Below, one piece after another: positions 47,147 through 50,194 of a stretch of DNA of 50,194 bases. The stretch lies in IMG/VR virus record IMGVR_UViG_3300014645_000001, one strand, 5' to 3'. Source of the stretch: a virus. A model generated the notes under the pieces. It worked only from the letters and a program-made list of their open reading frames with translations, was not told the DNA's origin and made no database searches. The position numbers and the translations under genes are program-made. Numbering within the stretch: the stretch's first letter is position 1; the number at the start of each line of letters is the position of its first letter.

Positions 47147-48298
47147 ATGACGACCGTAGATTTTAGGGGAGTTCCCCTGTGTCGTGCCGGCGAATGGCAT
47201 GGGCTCACTGGCAAGGCCACCGTGACCCCGGAGGACCTGGCCGCCGTGGTGGACGCGTACCAGGACCGTGAGGTGGATCGTGCGCGGGTGAAGCTGGGGC
47301 ACGTGTCTTCTCTGAATGACCAGGCCCTTGGGGATGGGGCGCCGGCGTTCGGGTGGGTTGACAACCCCCGTGTCTCCGAGGATGGCAAGACCCTGCTGGG
47401 TGACCTGGTGGATGTGCCCCGCCGTCTCGGGGAGGTCGTGGGCCGCGCCTACAAGAACGTGTCCGTGGAGCTCCGGAAGAACGTGCGCACGCCCTCGGGG
47501 AAGACTCACCCGACGGTGCTGTCCGGGCTGGCGCTGCTCGGTGCCGCCGCGCCCGCCGTGAAGGGCCTGGACGACCTGGTAGCCCTGTACGCCTCCGAAC
47601 CGATCCCCGATGCTCCCACTGACGGGTGCGAGGACGGTGCCGTGGTCACCATCAGCCTTGGTGACGCCCTTGATCCGGTGACACATGCCGACATCCCCGT
47701 GCCGTCCCCTGTGGCGTGCGACGGTGTTCAAGACAGCCCGGATCGCCCGGGCCGAGAAAAGGAAGGAGAGCCGTCCATGGCTTTTCTTGACCAGGCCCGC
47801 GAGAAGTTCGGGCTGCCCGCTGACGCATCTGAGGATCAGATCCTCGAACGCATGACCGCACTGTCCGAGGCACCCGCGGCTGAAGGTGACAACACCGACG
47901 ACACCGAGGGCACCGACGAGAACGTTGCTGAGACCTCCACGGAGGGTAAGGCCAGCCCGGAGACCGTTACCGTGTCCAAGGCTGTCCTCGACGAGATGAA
48001 CGCTCGCATTGCTGAGCTTGACGCCGAGGCGAAGGCCCGCCGTGAAGCCGAGGCTGTGAAGCACCGTGACGAGGTGATCGCTGCGGCACTGTCCGAGGGG
48101 CGTATCGCGCCTTCCGAGCGTGAGCACTGGGTTACCGCACTGTCTGCCGCCCCGGAGGCTAATGAGAAGCTCATTACTTCTCTCGCGCCCCGGGTGAACG
48201 TCACCGAACGTGGCTCCGACGTGGCCCTGTCCGCAGGCTTCACCGACCAGGCCGCGGACGAGCTCGACTCGTTCCTCGACAGCCTCAACCTCAGCTAA
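47147..48298 (+). CDS. capsid maturation protease (Mu gpI-like) with in-frame C-terminal scaffold domain
   Basis: The N-terminus CRAGEWHGLTGKATVTPEDLAAVVDAY...PAFGWVDNPRVSEDGKTLLGDL is Mu-like_Pro-like. The C-terminus is Ala/Glu-rich and coiled-coil. Confidence 0.7.
   Translation: MTTVDFRGVPLCRAGEWHGLTGKATVTPEDLAAVVDAYQDREVDRARVKLGHVSSLNDQALGDGAPAFGWVDNPRVSEDGKTLLGDLVDVPRRLGEVVGRAYKNVSVELRKNVRTPSGKTHPTVLSGLALLGAAAPAVKGLDDLVALYASEPIPDAPTDGCEDGAVVTISLGDALDPVTHADIPVPSPVACDGVQDSPDRPGREKEGEPSMAFLDQAREKFGLPADASEDQILERMTALSEAPAAEGDNTDDTEGTDENVAETSTEGKASPETVTVSKAVLDEMNARIAELDAEAKARREAEAVKHRDEVIAAALSEGRIAPSEREHWVTALSAAPEANEKLITSLAPRVNVTERGSDVALSAGFTDQAADELDSFLDSLNLS
47777..48298 (+). CDS. nested in-frame scaffold protein (Mu gpZ / lambda Nu3-style)
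   Basis: An internal ATG is preceded by GGAAGGAGAG with 6-nt spacing. It shares frame and stop with the protease. Confidence 0.5.
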   Translation: MAFLDQAREKFGLPADASEDQILERMTALSEAPAAEGDNTDDTEGTDENVAETSTEGKASPETVTVSKAVLDEMNARIAELDAEAKARREAEAVKHRDEVIAAALSEGRIAPSEREHWVTALSAAPEANEKLITSLAPRVNVTERGSDVALSAGFTDQAADELDSFLDSLNLS

Positions 48299-48307
48299 GG
48301 AGACCCA

Positions 48308-48688
48308 ATGTCTTACCAGTCCAACCCGATCTTCGAGTACTTCACTGACTCGGACAAGATCACTTGCAAGGCCTCCGGTGCTGTCACGGGCAAGACCCTC
48401 GTGAAGCTCGCCCCCGGTGGCGCCGACCAGTGCCCCGTGGTGACGACCGCCGCCGCTGGTGACCTCGCCTACGGTGTCGCCGGCTGGGACGTGAAGAACG
48501 GCGAGAAGCTCACCGTGTACCGCCGTGGCGTGCTGTCCATCACCGCAGGTGCCGCGCTCAAGGCCGGCGACCAGGTTGAGGTCGGTGCTTCCGGCAAGGC
48601 CGTGAAGGCCACCGCCGGGAAGCCTGTCGGCCAGGTCCACGCGGATGCCACCAACGGTGCCGACGCCGCTGTCGCGGTCAACTTCTAA
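48308..48688 (+). CDS. head decoration / DUF2190-like protein
   Basis: 126 aa, Gly/Ala/Val-rich beta protein immediately upstream of the major capsid gene. RBS AAGGAGA. Confidence 0.55.
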   Translation: MSYQSNPIFEYFTDSDKITCKASGAVTGKTLVKLAPGGADQCPVVTTAAAGDLAYGVAGWDVKNGEKLTVYRRGVLSITAGAALKAGDQVEVGASGKAVKATAGKPVGQVHADATNGADAAVAVNF

Positions 48689-48699
48689 GGAGCCCAGTA

Positions 48700-49599
48700 A
48701 TGCCCAACACCATCACGTTCCCCGCGGACTTCAAGACCCCGGTCGCGAATGCCCTCAAGGAGCCCGCTAAGATCCAGCAGCGGATCTTCCCGAAGGATCA
48801 GTTCTTCCTTTCCGAGTACCTGCTGCGCGGCCCCATTGCGGTGCCGTCTGGCACGGTTGAGTACCAGGTCGCGAAGCTCGACGACGGTGGGTACTTCAGC
48901 CGCGGCGACATTCAGGATGTCGAGCCGGACGGCGTGTACCCGCGTCTCAACGGTTACGCTGAGGACACCTCCTACGGTGGTACCAACCAGTACGGTGGCG
49001 AGATCGTGGTCACCGACCAGGCTGTGCGCCGGAACCGGGTCAACGACCTGATCGCGGGTGGTCCGCGCCTGCGGAACCACATGGTCCGTGACGACGCCCG
49101 CCGACTGCAGGCCGCGTTCTTGAAGGCCGCTTCGGATCACTCCCGGACCACGGTCACCGAGTCCCTGGCAACGTGGGACAAGGAGAACGCGTTCTACGAG
49201 GCGCTGACCGCTGCGCTCGGTGAGGCCGGGGAGGGTGTGGACTACGACACCCTGATCCTGAACAAGCGTGACGCGTTCCGTCTCGCTGCGGTGAAGGACA
49301 TCCGTGACGCCACCCGCTACACGGACACGCAGGGCACCTCCCCGCTGTACAACACACCCATGTCCCGCCTGGACGGGCTGATGGGCATGAACGTGGTTGT
49401 GCACCCGAACTGGACCCAGGGTCAGGCTCTGGCTGTGGCTAAGGGCCAGGCCGGGTTCGTGGGCGAGGAGCTCCCCCTGGAGCTCGTCCCGATCCGTGAC
49501 GAGACGCACGAGGCGACGATCCTGCGCGCACGTAAGGCGGCTGCGCCGTTCATTGACGTGCCGCAGGCGTTCACCCTGTTCACCGGGATCTTCGGCTGA
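48700..49599 (+). CDS. major capsid protein
   Basis: 299 aa with RBS AAGGAG. It lies after the protease/scaffold and decoration genes. Confidence 0.75.
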   Translation: MPNTITFPADFKTPVANALKEPAKIQQRIFPKDQFFLSEYLLRGPIAVPSGTVEYQVAKLDDGGYFSRGDIQDVEPDGVYPRLNGYAEDTSYGGTNQYGGEIVVTDQAVRRNRVNDLIAGGPRLRNHMVRDDARRLQAAFLKAASDHSRTTVTESLATWDKENAFYEALTAALGEAGEGVDYDTLILNKRDAFRLAAVKDIRDATRYTDTQGTSPLYNTPMSRLDGLMGMNVVVHPNWTQGQALAVAKGQAGFVGEELPLELVPIRDETHEATILRARKAAAPFIDVPQAFTLFTGIFG

Positions 49600-49913
49600 T
49601 GGCGGCCCGGTCGAAGCGTGCGGAGGGCGATGCCCGGGAGCCGGATTCGGTCGGGCCCGCTACTGCCCGTAACGCCGCGCTGGCTGCCCTGGCCGCGAAG
49701 GGCGCGGTTGTGGATACCCCTGACCCTGTGGTGCCTTCGCCCCGTTTGACGGGTGTGGAGCATGACCTGGGTGGGGATGTTCGGGCCGTGGTTGTCGCCC
49801 CGTCGCTGGTGCTGCGTCGGGATGACCGGTCGCTGTTCCTGTACCGGGGTGAGGTCGTGAACGCCACGGCAGGGTTCGTGGATGAGCGGCCTGGGTCTCT
49901 GGTCCGCCTGTAG
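49599..49913 (+). CDS. hypothetical head-module protein (104 aa)
   Basis: ATGA-coupled to the capsid gene. Confidence 0.5.
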   Translation: MAARSKRAEGDAREPDSVGPATARNAALAALAAKGAVVDTPDPVVPSPRLTGVEHDLGGDVRAVVVAPSLVLRRDDRSLFLYRGEVVNATAGFVDERPGSLVRL

Positions 49914-49986
49914 TCAGGGAAGGGGGTGGCGGGGTCACCACCGTGGGCACCATGTGTCGGCTCACGGTAGGTGGCCCCGTTCTCGT

Positions 49987-50194
49987 ATGGATGATCTTGT
50001 GGAGCCGGTGACGTTTGGGTGCACCGTCGAGGATGTGATGCGGTTCTTGCCGCACGAGTCCATCGATGAGGCACCAAACATGCGACCGGCGATCAGTAAT
50101 GACCTGTACTCCGGCCTCACAGCGTCGGGTGATCGCACGGGTCGGCGTCTGACCCGGGCCGATGTGGAAGCGTTCATCGAGTCCGTAGCTACAC
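49987..50194 (+). CDS. head-tail adaptor, 5' part (continues through the junction to position 438)
   Basis: ATG 49987 is in frame with the ATG at position 7 of the repeat copy (87 nt upstream of 50074). The full gene is about 174 aa. The start is uncertain (GTG 49954 is also in frame). Confidence 0.5.
   Translation, partial: MDDLVEPVTFGCTVEDVMRFLPHESIDEAPNMRPAISNDLYSGLTASGDRTGRRLTRADVEAFIESVAT
50074..50194. repeat. second copy of the 121-bp end repeat
   Basis: Identical to 1-121. Confidence 0.95.

Noticed and set aside
1-50194. CRISPR arrays, reverse transcriptase/retron or DGR elements, and a prophage integration module.
   Set aside because: Reading through the intergenic regions and ORF translations showed no spaced identical repeats of CRISPR type, no RT motif (YxDD) ORF, no template/variable repeat pair near the fibre genes, and no recombinase.

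Overview
The window is a complete, circularly closed phage genome of about 50.07 kb; bases 1-121 are identical to 50074-50194. It is a high-GC, contractile-tailed dsDNA phage. The host is probably a high-GC Gram-positive (actinobacterial) bacterium, inferred from GC content, frequent GTG starts, and an amidase + M23 endolysin plus a CHAP domain. All genes but one are on the + strand, and many are translationally coupled through ATGA/GTGA overlaps.

Gene order:
- **Packaging and head (38.7-50.2 kb, wrapping to 0.4 kb):** small and large terminase, a Mu-like head module (DUF935-type portal, MuF-like protein, gpI-like protease with a nested scaffold, DUF2190-like decoration protein, major capsid).
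- **Connectors, tail and baseplate (0.4-21.8 kb):** connectors, sheath, tube, chaperone with a -1-frame extension, tape measure, P2-like gpU/gpX(LysM)/gpD hub, spike, gpW, gpJ, gpI-like protein and several fibres.
- **Lysis cassette (12.0-14.6 kb):** embedded inside the baseplate/fibre block.
- **Early region (22.3-38.6 kb):** small genes including a RepL-like wHTH protein, a Cro-like HTH, a PD-(D/E)XK exonuclease, RecT, SSB, RusA, a DNA methyltransferase and a replisome-organizer-like protein with an adjacent ori-like iteron region.

I recognised no integrase, DNA polymerase, primase or helicase.

Accessory content: four free-standing HNH endonuclease genes (one inverted), a second EcoRI-like methyltransferase inside the structural module, and one tRNA-Trp(CCA).

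The most unusual signal is two structurally matching tRNA acceptor/T-arm minihelices that lack D and anticodon arms. Each lies in an ORF-free structured spacer downstream of an HNH gene. All functional calls come from motif recognition by eye; no database search was run.
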